DNA of 64,000 bases, taken from contig OZ250165.1 of NCBI GenBank assembly GCA_965238005.1, positions 4,288,001 through 4,352,000 of the forward strand. Reading direction: 5' to 3'. The notes under the pieces are model-generated. The model saw only the letters and a program-made list of their open reading frames with translations, ran no database searches and was not told the origin of the DNA. The position numbers and the translations under genes are program-made. The DNA comes from Longimicrobiales bacterium (GTDB lineage Bacteria > Gemmatimonadota > Gemmatimonadetes > Longimicrobiales > Gaopeijiaceae). Shown here one piece after another: positions 29,756 through 39,853 of this stretch. How positions within the stretch are numbered: position 1 is the stretch's first letter; every line of letters begins with the position of its first letter.

Positions 29756-31222
29756 ATGAAAATCCTGATGAGCCTCGTGTTCTATCCCCGGGGAGGGAGT
29801 GCCCAGGTCGCCCGCTATTTGTCGCGTGCACTGATCGAGCTGGGCCACGACCTGCACTTGGTCACCGGCACGCTGCGCGACGGTGACCCGCAACACGACG
29901 CCGAAGTATTCTTCGGAGAGATCCCTCTCACTTTGGTCGATTATACCGACGCTTGGCACGGGTTCGAACGGGGTGAGAATCCGATTTCCGACCAGTGGCC
30001 GGTCCCGTTCCACCCGAGTTACGAAGACAAGCCCGGTGTACCGGATCGCGTCTTCTCCCAACTCAACGAGGGCGCCTACTCAGCGTTGCGGGAGTGTTGG
30101 ACCGGAGTGTTCCAACGTGTGAAGGAGCACTTCGAGCCTGATCTTCTTCACTTGCACCATCTCACGTACGCACATCTTGCCGCAGCGCATGTATTTCCCG
30201 ATGTGCCTAAGCTGACGCAGCTCCACGGGACCGAGATAAAGATGCTGGAACAGCTCGATGAGGCGACGGATGAGCCGGGTGGCGAGGCTTCAGGTGGCGA
30301 GTCGGACCATGTCGGGCGCGGAATCCTCACCGACGCGGTCTCCGTTACGGACCACTTCGCGGCCATCAGCCAGGACGTTCGCGAGCGAGGGATGGTACGC
30401 TTGCACCTGGACGAGGAGGACATCACCACGATCCCGAATGGCGTGGACACGACGTTGTTCCGACCGTTGAATTGGTCCGCCGATGAAAAGTGGGATTTTC
30501 TGCAGAAGATTTTGGTGGAAGAGCCCCGGGGCTGGGCTGCGGGCGGTGCCCCGGGAAGCGTGCACTACGACCGGACCGACACGAAACGGCTGAGGGACGA
30601 GTCGGGCGCGTTGAAGCCTTTGGCGATTTTCGTGGGGCGATTTCTCGACTTCAAACGTGTCCCGCTGTTACTCCGTGCCGTCTCGCGAGTCAATCGGTCC
30701 TCGGAACGCGACGGTGACCCCTCCTTCAACTTGCTGGTGTGGGGCGGAATGCCCGGCGAATGGGAAGGCGAGCACCCCCACACGGTCGCCCGTTCCCTCG
30801 ACTTGGCGAATGTGTTTTTCTGCGGATGGTTGCCGCACGATGTTCTATCTCGAGGACTGAACCTCGCGGACGTCTTTGTAGCCCCGTCCTTCAACGAGCC
30901 GTTTGGCCAAGTGTACCTCGAAGCGATGGCTGCGGGGGTTCCAGTGATCGCGACGCGAAGCGGAGGGCCGCTCGGCTTCGTGGTCGACACGGGAGCCGGT
31001 GCGAACGGATGGCTGTGCGAGGTGGACGACTTGGAATCCTTGGCGACGACGCTCCGCCACGCCGTCACGGATGAATTGGAACGCAAGCGTCGAGGCGTAA
31101 ATGCACTGGCACTGGTCCGGGGCCGGTACGACTGGAAAGAGATCGCCTGCCGGTACGTCGAACTCTACGGTGCCGTGAGAGACGTCGGCGGCGACGGTCC
31201 GGCTGATACGATCATTGGTTGA
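29756..31222 (+). CDS. GT4 (GT-B) glycosyltransferase
   Basis: PRGGSAQV, HLHH, QLHGT, IPNGVD, FVGRFLDFKR and EPFGQVYLEAMAAGVPVI. Confidence 0.92.
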   Translation: MKILMSLVFYPRGGSAQVARYLSRALIELGHDLHLVTGTLRDGDPQHDAEVFFGEIPLTLVDYTDAWHGFERGENPISDQWPVPFHPSYEDKPGVPDRVFSQLNEGAYSALRECWTGVFQRVKEHFEPDLLHLHHLTYAHLAAAHVFPDVPKLTQLHGTEIKMLEQLDEATDEPGGEASGGESDHVGRGILTDAVSVTDHFAAISQDVRERGMVRLHLDEEDITTIPNGVDTTLFRPLNWSADEKWDFLQKILVEEPRGWAAGGAPGSVHYDRTDTKRLRDESGALKPLAIFVGRFLDFKRVPLLLRAVSRVNRSSERDGDPSFNLLVWGGMPGEWEGEHPHTVARSLDLANVFFCGWLPHDVLSRGLNLADVFVAPSFNEPFGQVYLEAMAAGVPVIATRSGGPLGFVVDTGAGANGWLCEVDDLESLATTLRHAVTDELERKRRGVNALALVRGRYDWKEIACRYVELYGAVRDVGGDGPADTIIG

Positions 31223-31254
31223 GCCGCCCTCCCGTGCCCACCAGTTCCCGACAA

Positions 31255-31548
31255 GTAACCCGAGTTTTTGGGGTCCCACATGGGGTCCCGAGGCCCCATT
31301 TTCCGCCCCTAACTGACCGACACAAAAAAGCCCGGAAGCCCAGATAACTCTTGGACTCCCGGCCAGTACCCCGCCAGGGACTCGAACCCCGAACCTACTG
31401 ATTAAGAGTTAGATAGCAGTATATACGCAGAGTGTTCGTGAGGTGGCCTAAGTTGTGTCGAGTTAGGGCGTTAGGGAGTCGACTGGTCTTTTGAGTGTTG
31501 CTGAGCTTTCACCAGTTACGGGGAGTTTGGGGTCCCGGTTGGGGTCCC
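31255..31548 (-). mobile_element. Complete attP-like unit, copy 1: arm repeats, terminator, tRNA-Lys(CTT) 3' half (31366..31409), arm repeats
   Basis: TGGGGTCCC x2 at each end. Core on minus is ACTCTTAATCAGTAGGTTCGGGGTTCGAGTCCCTGGCGGGGTAC. Colinear with 44251..44544. Confidence 0.82.
31324..31362 (-). terminator. Intrinsic terminator after the tRNA-Lys 3' half (second copy at 44321..44358)
   Basis: CCGGGAGTCCA-loop-TGGGCTTCCGG followed by GCTTTTTT. Confidence 0.75.
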
Positions 31549-31562
31549 AACGCTGTGGTCTT

Positions 31563-32330
31563 TCAGGAACGGACTCTCCCCCCCGAACCCCCGTCACCAC
31601 CAATTCGTCGCGCGCTCGCGTAGCAGGACACGTACATGAGGCACCGCTCCCGCAGCTCGTATTCCGCAGCGGTCACTTCGTCCGGATGGCCATGGGCAAG
31701 TTCGTAGGGGATCACTCCGCGTTGTACGCCAGCCAGAAGTACCCGAGAGAACTCGAGCCCTTTCATCCGATGCATGGTGGAAAGTCGAATCCCTATCCCA
31801 CCGGCCTCCAGACCTTCCTCTTCCTCGACGCGCGTGACCTCGAGTCCATCACCTCGGAGGAGCGGCTCGTAACGGTCGTCGAGAAGTTTGTTCGTGCGGG
31901 CCGCCACGCAAATGGTCGAATCGCGAACACCGGAATCGATCCAGTTTTTCACGCGAGAGAGAATGAATGAGGCCTCATTGGCCTCACTCTTGAAGTTGGT
32001 CACTTCAGGAGTCGGGCCCTCCCGGACCGAGTGATACCCTTGGAGGCCGTCACTTCCACCGTCGAGATCGTCGATCTCGCACTCCTCCAGCACCGCCACA
32101 GCCCTGGACCGGATCTGCTGCGTGGTCCGGTAGTTCAGGCGGAGTCGCAGATCCCGGCCTCCGATCTCGATGCCGCACTGACTCATGACCACCGGCCTGC
32201 CATAGATTCTTTGATGTCCATCGCCGACCAGGTACAGGGAATTTGGCCCCTCGGGTGCGATCGTCCGGAGTAGCTTGAGTGCTGGAGCCGTAAGATCCTG
32301 GACCTCATCAACCAACACGGTCCGGTACGG
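31563..32330 (-). pseudogene. UvrD/SF1 helicase C-terminal fragment
   Basis: VLVDEVQD, VGDGHQRIY, LNYRTT and STMHRMKGLEF. ATRARDEL is reached only via a frameshift near 31625. No Walker A motif. Confidence 0.88.
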
Positions 32331-32364
32331 CAACAGGACCGCCCCCGCGAGCAGTTCCATCGGT

Positions 32365-32770
32365 TCGGCACTCCCGACGACGGTCGACGTTCGGGCATAC
32401 AACCACTTCCTGGGAGCGTGCCAGGTTGTATTGATGGGCGCCCCCGAAGTCGCAAGCCGATACCGGGAGGGGTTGCCCGGGTGCCTCGGAAACCGGCCGA
32501 TCCTCATGCCCGGGTTCCACTCCAATCTCCGGCGGCGTCTTCTTCGCTGGTACCGGGATCATGGGCTGGAGCCCAGGGTCGTCGCCGAAATCGCTGACAG
32601 TGCTGTGCTCAAGGTCTTCGGACAGCGCGGGCTGGGTATGTTCGCGGTGCCGACGGCGGTCGAGGCGGACGTCGCTCGTCAGTACGAGGTGGAGCGGATC
32701 GCGGTCCTGGAGGGAGTGCGGGAGGAGTATTACGCCATCTCCGTGGAGAGGCGCATCCGTAATCCGGCCA
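32365..32770 (+). pseudogene. nhaR: NhaR-like LysR regulator, substrate-binding domain fragment
   Basis: VRAYNHFLG..LRRRLLRW..VVAEIADSAVLKVFGQRGLGMF..YYAISVERRIRNP. No HTH. Confidence 0.8.
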
Positions 32771-32844
32771 CTAGCCCCCTGCCCCGCTTTCACACATGCG
32801 ACGGCTGTGACGACTAAACTGTTTGAGCGATCGTCTCAATAGCA

Positions 32845-32925
32845 CGGGCGGTCTCCAGGACGACCTGCTCGCTCTCGTATTCCAGCTTCTCGGCGCGGGT
32901 GTCGACGAGGTGCTGGACCCGAGCT
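32845..32925 (-). pseudogene. Short remnant of the same TerS-like gene seen at 40215
   Basis: RVQHLVDTRAEKLEYESEQVVLETAR versus RIQHLVDRRAEKLEYESEQVVLETAR. Confidence 0.7.
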
Positions 32926-33186
32926 ATCACGTTGACGCACTCGACGTGACTGGGGGGAACGAGGGGTAGCCAGTCATTTGCCTTCGACGATAGGGAGCGG
33001 TCGCTCGGCAGGCAACCGATTCTCGGGAGGTAGCAAGTCGGGATGTGCCGTTGCGCACCGTCGGGTCCGAGGCGACCGGTTCGCGGTGAACGTCCTTCCG
33101 TCGTAGGATGACTGGCCCAGCTCTCCCCCGCGACGCATTGCACCGAGATCGGCGACGTCGACGGATTCCCCCAAGACGGAGTCGCC

Positions 33187-34746
33187 GTGCGAAAGCTGCG
33201 AGTCGCGGTCCTCGATCTGGTCACCAAGGCGCCGACGCGCACCCTGTGGGCTCGCGTGGTGCATCCCAGTTTCGCGAGCATCATGCCGCAGGCGATCGCC
33301 GCGTGGTGTGAGAAGGCAGGACACGACGTCACCTTCGTCTGCTACACGGGCTTCGAGAACCTGCTCGAGGAGGTCCCGGCTGATCTCGACCTGCTCTTCG
33401 TGGGGGCGTTCTCCCAGGCGGGTCAGCTCTCGTACGCGCTCAGCAACATGTTCCGGCAACGCGGCTGCGTGACGGTCCTGGGCGGCCCCCACGCGCGCAG
33501 CTATCCGGACGACGCCCGCAAGTACTTCGATTACGTCCTGGGCTTCACCGACGAGGAGATCGTCGCTCGAGTTCTCGAGGAGTGCTGCGCCCAGCGGCCA
33601 TACGGTGAATACCTCACCGCGAGCCAACAGCCCCGGCACCTACCCGGAGTCCGCGAGCGCTGGAAGTACATCAAGCCGACCATCATGAAGTCGGCGACAC
33701 GGATCAAGGGTGTCCCGATGATCGGGAGCCTCGGATGCCCGTACACGTGCAGCTTCTGCGTCGACTCCACGGTGCCGTATCAGCCGATGGCCTTCGACGA
33801 GATCCGCGACGATCTGCGCTTCCTGGTCGAGGAGATGCCCCAGGCATGGATCGCATGGCACGATCCCAACTTCGGGGTCCGCTTCGACGACTACATGGGG
33901 GTGATCGAGGACGCTGTGCCCCCCGGGACGCTCACGTTCGCGGCTGAGAGCAGCCTGTCGCTACTCTCGGAGGACCGGGTCACGCGGCTGGGCGCCGCCA
34001 ACTTCAAGCTCATGCTCCCGGGAATCGAGTCCTGGTACGGCTTCGGCAACAAGGCCAAGACGGGCACGAAGACCGGGCTCGCCAAGATGGAGCAGGTCTC
34101 CGATCACGTGAACATGATCTTGGAGCACATCCCCTACGTACAGACGAACTTCGTGATCGGTCTGGACGACGACGAAGGCTGCGAGCCGTTCGAGTTGACC
34201 AAGAAGTTCCTCCGTCGGACGCCGGGGGCGTTTCCCGGTTACTCGCTCCTATCGTGTTTCGGCGAGGCGGCGCCGCTGAACCTCGAGGTGCAGCGCGCCG
34301 GTCGCGTGCGCCCGTTCCCCTTCCACTTCCTGAACAACAATCAGGCGATGAACGTGCAGCCCAAGAACTACGAGTGGACCACGTTCTATGACCACCTCAT
34401 CGACCTCTGCGAGTACTCGTTCTCGCTGCCTACCCTGGTTCGGCGTTTCCGCGCCACCCCCCCGCTCTTCGCGAAGGGGCTCAACCTAGTCAGGGCGATG
34501 TCGTCCGAGGGTTACGGCCGCATCAAGTATCACAAGACGATTCGCCGCATGTTGGGGGAGGATCGCCACGTGAGGAACTTCTTCGAGGGCGAGACCGACG
34601 AGATCCCACGTTTCTACGTGGACCGCATTCGGCACGAGCTCGGATCGTTCTGGGAGTACCTGCCCGAGGGGGCACTGGACCACGACCAGAACGCGTACGT
34701 GAAGAAGACCGACAAGGCCCGCGTGATGCAGGCGGCACAGGGATAG
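33187..34746 (+). CDS. B12-binding-domain radical SAM protein
   Basis: TVLGGPHA, GCPYTCSFC (CxxxCxxC), DPNF and PGIES. Confidence 0.9.
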   Translation: MRKLRVAVLDLVTKAPTRTLWARVVHPSFASIMPQAIAAWCEKAGHDVTFVCYTGFENLLEEVPADLDLLFVGAFSQAGQLSYALSNMFRQRGCVTVLGGPHARSYPDDARKYFDYVLGFTDEEIVARVLEECCAQRPYGEYLTASQQPRHLPGVRERWKYIKPTIMKSATRIKGVPMIGSLGCPYTCSFCVDSTVPYQPMAFDEIRDDLRFLVEEMPQAWIAWHDPNFGVRFDDYMGVIEDAVPPGTLTFAAESSLSLLSEDRVTRLGAANFKLMLPGIESWYGFGNKAKTGTKTGLAKMEQVSDHVNMILEHIPYVQTNFVIGLDDDEGCEPFELTKKFLRRTPGAFPGYSLLSCFGEAAPLNLEVQRAGRVRPFPFHFLNNNQAMNVQPKNYEWTTFYDHLIDLCEYSFSLPTLVRRFRATPPLFAKGLNLVRAMSSEGYGRIKYHKTIRRMLGEDRHVRNFFEGETDEIPRFYVDRIRHELGSFWEYLPEGALDHDQNAYVKKTDKARVMQAAQG

Positions 34747-34774
34747 AGACCAGGCCGGCATTCTCCCGCACTTG

Positions 34775-35785
34775 TCACGCGAACGCTACCAGCCGCAACG
34801 GCTCGGACTTCCCACGCAGCTTCGTGGGGCCCATCTCCTCGACTGTCCATCCGTCCGGAAGAGTCAGGCGTTCGAAGAGATCGGCGGACCCGACGAGGCG
34901 CCTTCCGAGCCGGGCACACTCTCCTTGAATCCGGGCGCCGGTGTTGAGTACGTCGCCGTTGAAGACGAGCCCGCGCTTCAGATCTCCGATCTCCGCAGTC
35001 ATTACCTCCCCCACGTGCACCCCGGCCTTGTACTCCGGCACGACACCGAATTGGTCCAGGTAACGCTGTGTCTTCTTTTCGATGACGGAGTCGATGTCGA
35101 AGAACACTCGGAGGCAGTTCGCATCCTTGATCCCCCTCTCCTCCCTCCAGGTGACGACGACTTCGTCTCCGACGTACTCGTAGATCTCACCACCATTGTT
35201 GAGTACCGGCCCGGAGATGTCCCTGAAGAACTCGTTGATCAGGCCGAGGTAGGCCTCGTGCCCCAACTCCTCCGCGAGCGACGTCGAGGACTTGAGGTCT
35301 AAGAACATGAAGATGCGAGATTCGCGGTGAGGCCTGTGATATCGGCCCAGCAAGTAGCTCAGTAACACCCCCGGACCGAGGATCCGATCGAGCTGTCGAA
35401 AGAAGATGATGATCACGTAGAGAAGGAAACCGATGGCGACTTTGCGGGGGAGGGTGGGTTCTAAAAGAGACGCCCAAAATTCATCGATCGTCAGGCCTTG
35501 AAGGAAACCGAAGACGAGGCCGACCGACGAGAACACGGCAATCAGGGATCCGATGTACGTGATTGCCTTCGCCAGTAGTGCCACCGAGAACGGCAGACGC
35601 CGCATCCGCTCGTCGAAGGTGGACTCCTCGAGCAGGGCCAGCGGCATCGCGAGGGCGATCCCGACGACGAGACCGATGATCGAAATCCTCCCGTCGCTCA
35701 TGAACTCATAGCCAAGGGCGACGGGAACGCAGACCATTATGATCATGATGGCGGTTCTGAACCGGCGTGCTGTTTTCGCAGTCAT
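34775..35785 (-). CDS. Membrane class III adenylate/guanylate cyclase
   Basis: About 4 TM helices, FMFLDLKSST, YVGDE and GDVLNTGARIQ. Confidence 0.9.
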   Translation of the reverse strand: MTAKTARRFRTAIMIIMVCVPVALGYEFMSDGRISIIGLVVGIALAMPLALLEESTFDERMRRLPFSVALLAKAITYIGSLIAVFSSVGLVFGFLQGLTIDEFWASLLEPTLPRKVAIGFLLYVIIIFFRQLDRILGPGVLLSYLLGRYHRPHRESRIFMFLDLKSSTSLAEELGHEAYLGLINEFFRDISGPVLNNGGEIYEYVGDEVVVTWREERGIKDANCLRVFFDIDSVIEKKTQRYLDQFGVVPEYKAGVHVGEVMTAEIGDLKRGLVFNGDVLNTGARIQGECARLGRRLVGSADLFERLTLPDGWTVEEMGPTKLRGKSEPLRLVAFA

Positions 35786-36040
35786 GATAGCCTCGGACTG
35801 GGACAAACTCTGATTCGAGTCAGACAATCGGATGAGGCTACCGCGCGGGGTGTGGATCTCGCAAACGGGGGCTCCTCGGCATGGAAGGGGTCATGAGGAA
35901 GACTGGAGCGCAGCTCACGCAGTTCTCACGATATACGGCTCGCCGGGGTGGTGCGGCTCGGAACGGGCGCCTAGTCTGGGGGCGTCCCGGCTGGCGCATG
36001 AAGTGCAGGCTCTGGATTACACCGATCCGTCACAGGGGTC

Positions 36041-37042
36041 ATGGTCCACAGCACAGCAACCAGAACGACGTCGATCATCAGAGCTCTAGGATGGGTCGCA
36101 ATCGTGCTTTCGGCGATCCTCCTCCTTGGCGACGGGGTCTCTCGTCTGGCTGGCTTGACTCAGGATCCCCGGCCGACGGATGTGTTGGACATTCGCTATG
36201 TCCAGCACCCGTGGATCACGGTCCTCCACATCGTCCCAGGGCTGCTGTTCCTCACGCTGGCTCCCCTGCAGTTCGTCGCCCGGATTCGGAAGCGGCGAAT
36301 CGGCCTTCACCGCGGCCTCGGGCGCATCCTCGCCATCTGTGCCGCGATCAGCGCCCTGTTCGCTCTGGTCGCCAACTTCCGCTTGCCCGCCTTCGGCGGA
36401 ATCAGCACTCAGGCGGCAACAGTCTTCTTCGGCACAATCTTTCTCTTTTCGCTGACGAAGGCGCTTCGTCATATCCGGCGGAAAGAGGTAGGCCTGCATC
36501 GCGAGTGGATGATCCGAACGTTCGCCATAGCCACAGGGGTTGCGACCATCCGGGTTTTCCTCGAGCTGCTCACGGCGCTGTCGGGACTCGGCCTCGAGGA
36601 GGTGTTTGGTGCCTCCTTCTGGCTGGGCTTCGGCGTCAACCTCCTAGTGGCGGAGGCGTGGATCAACCACACTCGTGTGGCGGGTCGCCTGACGGGCACC
36701 CGCACCTTATCGGCGAGCATCGGATTATGCTTTGTTTTCGTCGGCATCGCTCCGGCTGTCCATGCTCAATCCACGCCTTCATTTTCGGCGAGTTACGACT
36801 TTTTGGCCTATCAGAATTTCAAGAACCCAACGATTGCCGGCCAGCCCGCACCCGAGTTGCGAGACACCCAGGTACTAACCAAGAGGCGCCACTACTTCTA
36901 CGAGTTTCCGCCGCTGGAGGAGTGCCGCGATGGGCTGCGGGCGAGGTCGACTGGGACGGCGGACGGGAAAAAGGTGAAGTCGAGCTGGTTGGCGACACGA
37001 GTGCCTGGCCACGTTTCCTCGCGGCGACGGGCTATCTACTGA
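36041..37042 (+). CDS. DUF2306-like membrane protein running in frame into unrelated gene fragments
   Basis: LHIVPGLLF..LQF..HRGLGR..HREWMIR..AEAWI to about 36670, then a signal-peptide-like stretch and RRHYFYEFPPLEECR. Confidence 0.75.
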   Translation: MVHSTATRTTSIIRALGWVAIVLSAILLLGDGVSRLAGLTQDPRPTDVLDIRYVQHPWITVLHIVPGLLFLTLAPLQFVARIRKRRIGLHRGLGRILAICAAISALFALVANFRLPAFGGISTQAATVFFGTIFLFSLTKALRHIRRKEVGLHREWMIRTFAIATGVATIRVFLELLTALSGLGLEEVFGASFWLGFGVNLLVAEAWINHTRVAGRLTGTRTLSASIGLCFVFVGIAPAVHAQSTPSFSASYDFLAYQNFKNPTIAGQPAPELRDTQVLTKRRHYFYEFPPLEECRDGLRARSTGTADGKKVKSSWLATRVPGHVSSRRRAIY

Positions 37043-37067
37043 GGTATGAACCCGAAGAGGGAGCCGA

Positions 37068-37403
37068 GTGATGGGAGCAAAAGCAAAGACGGATGCGAGT
37101 GCCCTTTTCTGGAGGACCGCGGCGGCGTTGATGAGTCGCCCCGATGTGAGCGAGGGGACGCTCATGGGGTTCCCATGCCTGCGGGTGGGCGGTGGCTTCT
37201 TTGCCACGTGCGATCACCGCTCGGGGGACCTCATCGTGAAGCTGTCACGTGACCGGGTGCAGGAAGTCATCGCTAAGGGCGAGGGTGAAGCGTTCGCACC
37301 GGCCGGTCGCGTATTCAAGGAGTGGGTGTTGGTAAATCGACGTGACGCGCGGCGATGGCGGAAATTGATGGACGAGGCGCTTCAGTTCGTCCGCACCGCT
37401 TGA
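37068..37403 (+). CDS. Small TfoX/YjbR-like hypothetical protein
   Basis: GTLMGFPCLRVGGGFFA..LIVKL..FAPAGRVFKEWV. GAGGAG RBS. Confidence 0.75.
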   Translation: MMGAKAKTDASALFWRTAAALMSRPDVSEGTLMGFPCLRVGGGFFATCDHRSGDLIVKLSRDRVQEVIAKGEGEAFAPAGRVFKEWVLVNRRDARRWRKLMDEALQFVRTA

Positions 37404-37543
37404 ACACGGACGTCTCGTTGATCAACTCCAGATGGAAGACCTGCGGCACTACCTGGACGGTTTCTAGTCGGATGTCTTGTCGGCATACGGCGCTGAGATC
37501 GCGCGACGAATGAAAGAGTGAAACCACCAACGAGGAGAGAGCG

Positions 37544-37831
37544 ATGAAGAAGTTTATGATTCTGCATTTCGGATTCGAGAAACCCACCCCCGAAATCATG
37601 GCGGCCTGGGGAAAATGGTTCGAGTCGATCGCCGACAAGACGGTCGACCAGGGCGGCTTCCACGGGGGTGCGCGAGAAATCTCAAAAAGCGGAACCAAAG
37701 ATCTGCCGATGGGCATGGAGTCCATCACCGGCTACTCGATCATCGAAGCCGCGGACCTCGACGCGGCAGAAAAAATCGCACAAGACAATCCATACATCGC
37801 AAGCATCAGAGTCTATGAAATTACGATGTAA
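37544..37831 (+). CDS. YCII-related domain protein
   Basis: MAAWGKWF..ITGYSIIEAADLDAAEKIAQDNP..IRVYE. GAGGAG RBS. Confidence 0.88.
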   Translation: MKKFMILHFGFEKPTPEIMAAWGKWFESIADKTVDQGGFHGGAREISKSGTKDLPMGMESITGYSIIEAADLDAAEKIAQDNPYIASIRVYEITM

Positions 37832-37970
37832 GACCCAGTCATTTATGAAGAGGCTCATAGCGACTGCTCTGGAGCAGAACCCGCCATTCCTCCATCGTCG
37901 CGGTAGTCTTGCCCAAGTCGACCAAAAACACCGTCGTCCAGCCCGATAGAGGTCTCAACCATTTCCACGA

Positions 37971-38163
37971 GTGGGCCTGGGTAGACTCGAACTACCGACC
38001 TCACGCTTATCAGGCTCCTACGGAAGGAGCCGAATGTCGGCAAGAAACCGTATAAACCCTTGGTAGGGCGCACGATCTGCCGTACTTGCCGTCATGGGAT
38101 GCCGGAATCTGCCGTGATTAAAAGGCACAATGACGGGCCCATTGGGCACACGAACGGACACAA
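37971..38163 (-). other. att half-site: tRNA-Ile(GAT) 3' half (37971..38015) plus one arm
   Basis: Minus strand reads GCCTGATAAGCGTGAGGTCGGTAGTTCGAGTCTACCCAGGCCCAC. The flank has four TGCCG repeats and a GGGCACA/GGACACA pair. Confidence 0.82.
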
Positions 38164-38182
38164 CGCGCCGACCCAGATCGAC

Positions 38183-38233
38183 TTCTGCTTGCGCCTCCCG
38201 GCCCACTTTCGGATGTTGACCTCGGTCTGATCC
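38183..38233 (+). promoter_or_regulatory. 51-bp conserved leader of kinase genes, copy 1
   Basis: 48/51 identical to 40827..40877. Contains TTGCGC-N17-GATGTT. Confidence 0.7.
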
Positions 38234-38245
38234 CGGAGTGCGCCC

Positions 38246-38385
38246 GTGTCCGATCCAGTTATCCGTCTCAACGTCGCCCTGAAGGGCCGCTACCGCATCG
38301 ACCGGGAGCTAGGCGAGGGCGGGATGGCTACCGTCTATCTGGCCGATGACACAAAGCACGAGCGCAAGGTCGCGCTCAAAACCCT
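38246..38385 (+). pseudogene. Ser/Thr kinase N-lobe fragment
   Basis: MSDPVIRLNVALKGRYRIDRELGEGGMATVYLADD..KVALK, then homology stops. Confidence 0.88.
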
Positions 38386-38451
38386 GGAGTGCGCGTGTAG
38401 GCCGGGCGTAGTCTCTTATCAGTCTACCGAGACCCACAGCAAGGGAGTCCC

Positions 38452-38949
38452 ATGAAAAAGTGGCTGAGGCGCATCCGTGGCGCAGTCGGCATGGGGCTGA
38501 CTTGGGCTGCAGCATGGCTCGGCGTCGGTTCCATACTCAATGCGGTAACTGCGGTAGTCTTCGGGGGCAGCCAGGGGATCGAGGGTATGGTCCTCTACGC
38601 CATTGCCGGCTTTGTCGTCGGTACTGCTTTCTCCGGGGTCCTGGGGCTCGCTGAGGGCCGTCGGAACTTCCATCAGATGTCCCTCGGGCGCTTCGCCGCT
38701 TGGGGGGCGTTGGGGGGTCTTCCACTGGGGCTTTACATGTCATGGCTCAATGGCGATTTCGCGCCTGGAGGGAGCATCGCGGCGGCGCTGCTTCTTACCG
38801 CCGTGCCAACACTGCTCGGTGCGGGCTCCGCCGCCGGTTCGCTGGCACTGGCTCGAAGGGCAGACGACCGCGAGATGCTCGAAGCCGGTGCAGAAGTTGC
38901 CGACATTGGGCTGACCGAAGAGGAGAAGCGCGAGCTGCTCGCGGGGTAG
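38452..38949 (+). CDS. Hypothetical 4-TM membrane protein
   Basis: MKKWLRRIRGAVGMGLTWA.. hydrophobic ORF with AAGGGAG RBS. Confidence 0.8.
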   Translation: MKKWLRRIRGAVGMGLTWAAAWLGVGSILNAVTAVVFGGSQGIEGMVLYAIAGFVVGTAFSGVLGLAEGRRNFHQMSLGRFAAWGALGGLPLGLYMSWLNGDFAPGGSIAAALLLTAVPTLLGAGSAAGSLALARRADDREMLEAGAEVADIGLTEEEKRELLAG

Positions 38950-38991
38950 GAGAGGCTGGCACCGTGTGTTGGGCGCTGAGTCGCAGTTCCA

Positions 38992-39026
38992 TCCAGCCAT
39001 CGCCCAACCTCAGCATCACCCATAGC
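38992..39026 (-). repeat. 35-bp dispersed repeat, copy 2
   Basis: Reverse complement matches 18791..18825 at 34/35. Confidence 0.85.
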
Positions 39027-39336
39027 TTGACCTCAGCGGTCCGAATCGAAGGACCCCTGCTTCCCGCAGCCCAGGAGGTTGACAATGCTTCGTGTTGCTT
39101 GGTTCACCTTATGTGCAAGTCTATGATCGGTTCCCCTATCTCTATCGGCTCTCGTGCCGAGCCCAAGCGGATCTGTACGGCATCGCCTCTGAGCGACCAA
39201 ACGACTGGATCGTCGACGGACGTGTTCGCCTGCTCGACTTCCTACGCGCCTACGAGTTGTACAGCACTGGGTAATCCGGGGTCACGAGGGACCGACGAAC
39301 CAGGGTAGGTGGGGCGGAAAACACAACAAGAGACCA

Positions 39337-39618
39337 ATGATGCTTACGACGGAAGAATGTGAACAACTCCGGGCCCAAGCCGAACTGCAAGGGATGCCTG
39401 CATGCGAAAAGTGTAAGGTCATCCCTGGGACCCTAACGGATGACATAATCACGGTACGTGAAGTTCCGGCCGTGCCGATGTCTCAGGCCGACCGGGATGT
39501 ACAGGTCGCCCGAGCTAAGCATGAGTGGACCGTAGTGGTTCAGGATGTCACCTACGCGGTCGGGCAAGATAGCCGATACCTGTTGATCGCCTATGCGCCC
39601 TGGCCCGGAACCACCTAA
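39337..39618 (+). CDS. Small hypothetical protein
   Basis: 93-aa ORF of lower GC with a CEKC pair. No recognised family. Confidence 0.45.
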   Translation: MMLTTEECEQLRAQAELQGMPACEKCKVIPGTLTDDIITVREVPAVPMSQADRDVQVARAKHEWTVVVQDVTYAVGQDSRYLLIAYAPWPGTT

Positions 39619-39753
39619 GGCGGCGGGGACCCCCATGAGGCGGGTAGAGGCGGGAGGAGCAGACTAGAGCTTCCTGGGACCCATCCGACACCACTGACCC
39701 ACCCCCAAAGGCTAGATCCATCGACCTCCAGAACTCGTTCCACGCGAGTTAGC

Positions 39754-39853
39754 CGGAGCCCAAGCGGAATCTCCAGTCACCGCCGGGAGTCGCTCGCGCG
39801 CTTCGCTTGCGGTCGGCATCTTGGTTCCGCAGCAGAATCGCAGATCCGTTAGA
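39754..39853 (-). other. attC-like partial site
   Basis: Minus strand starts TCTAAC-GGATCTGCGATTCTGCTGCGG (R''/L''-like). CGGAACCAAG pairs with CTTGGGCTCCG around a GCGAAGC centre. The L'/R' half is missing. Confidence 0.45.

Noticed and set aside
39000..39853. True integron cassette array
   Set aside because: No intI and only one partial attC-like site. The MGDAEVGRWL peptide is too short to call an IntI fragment.
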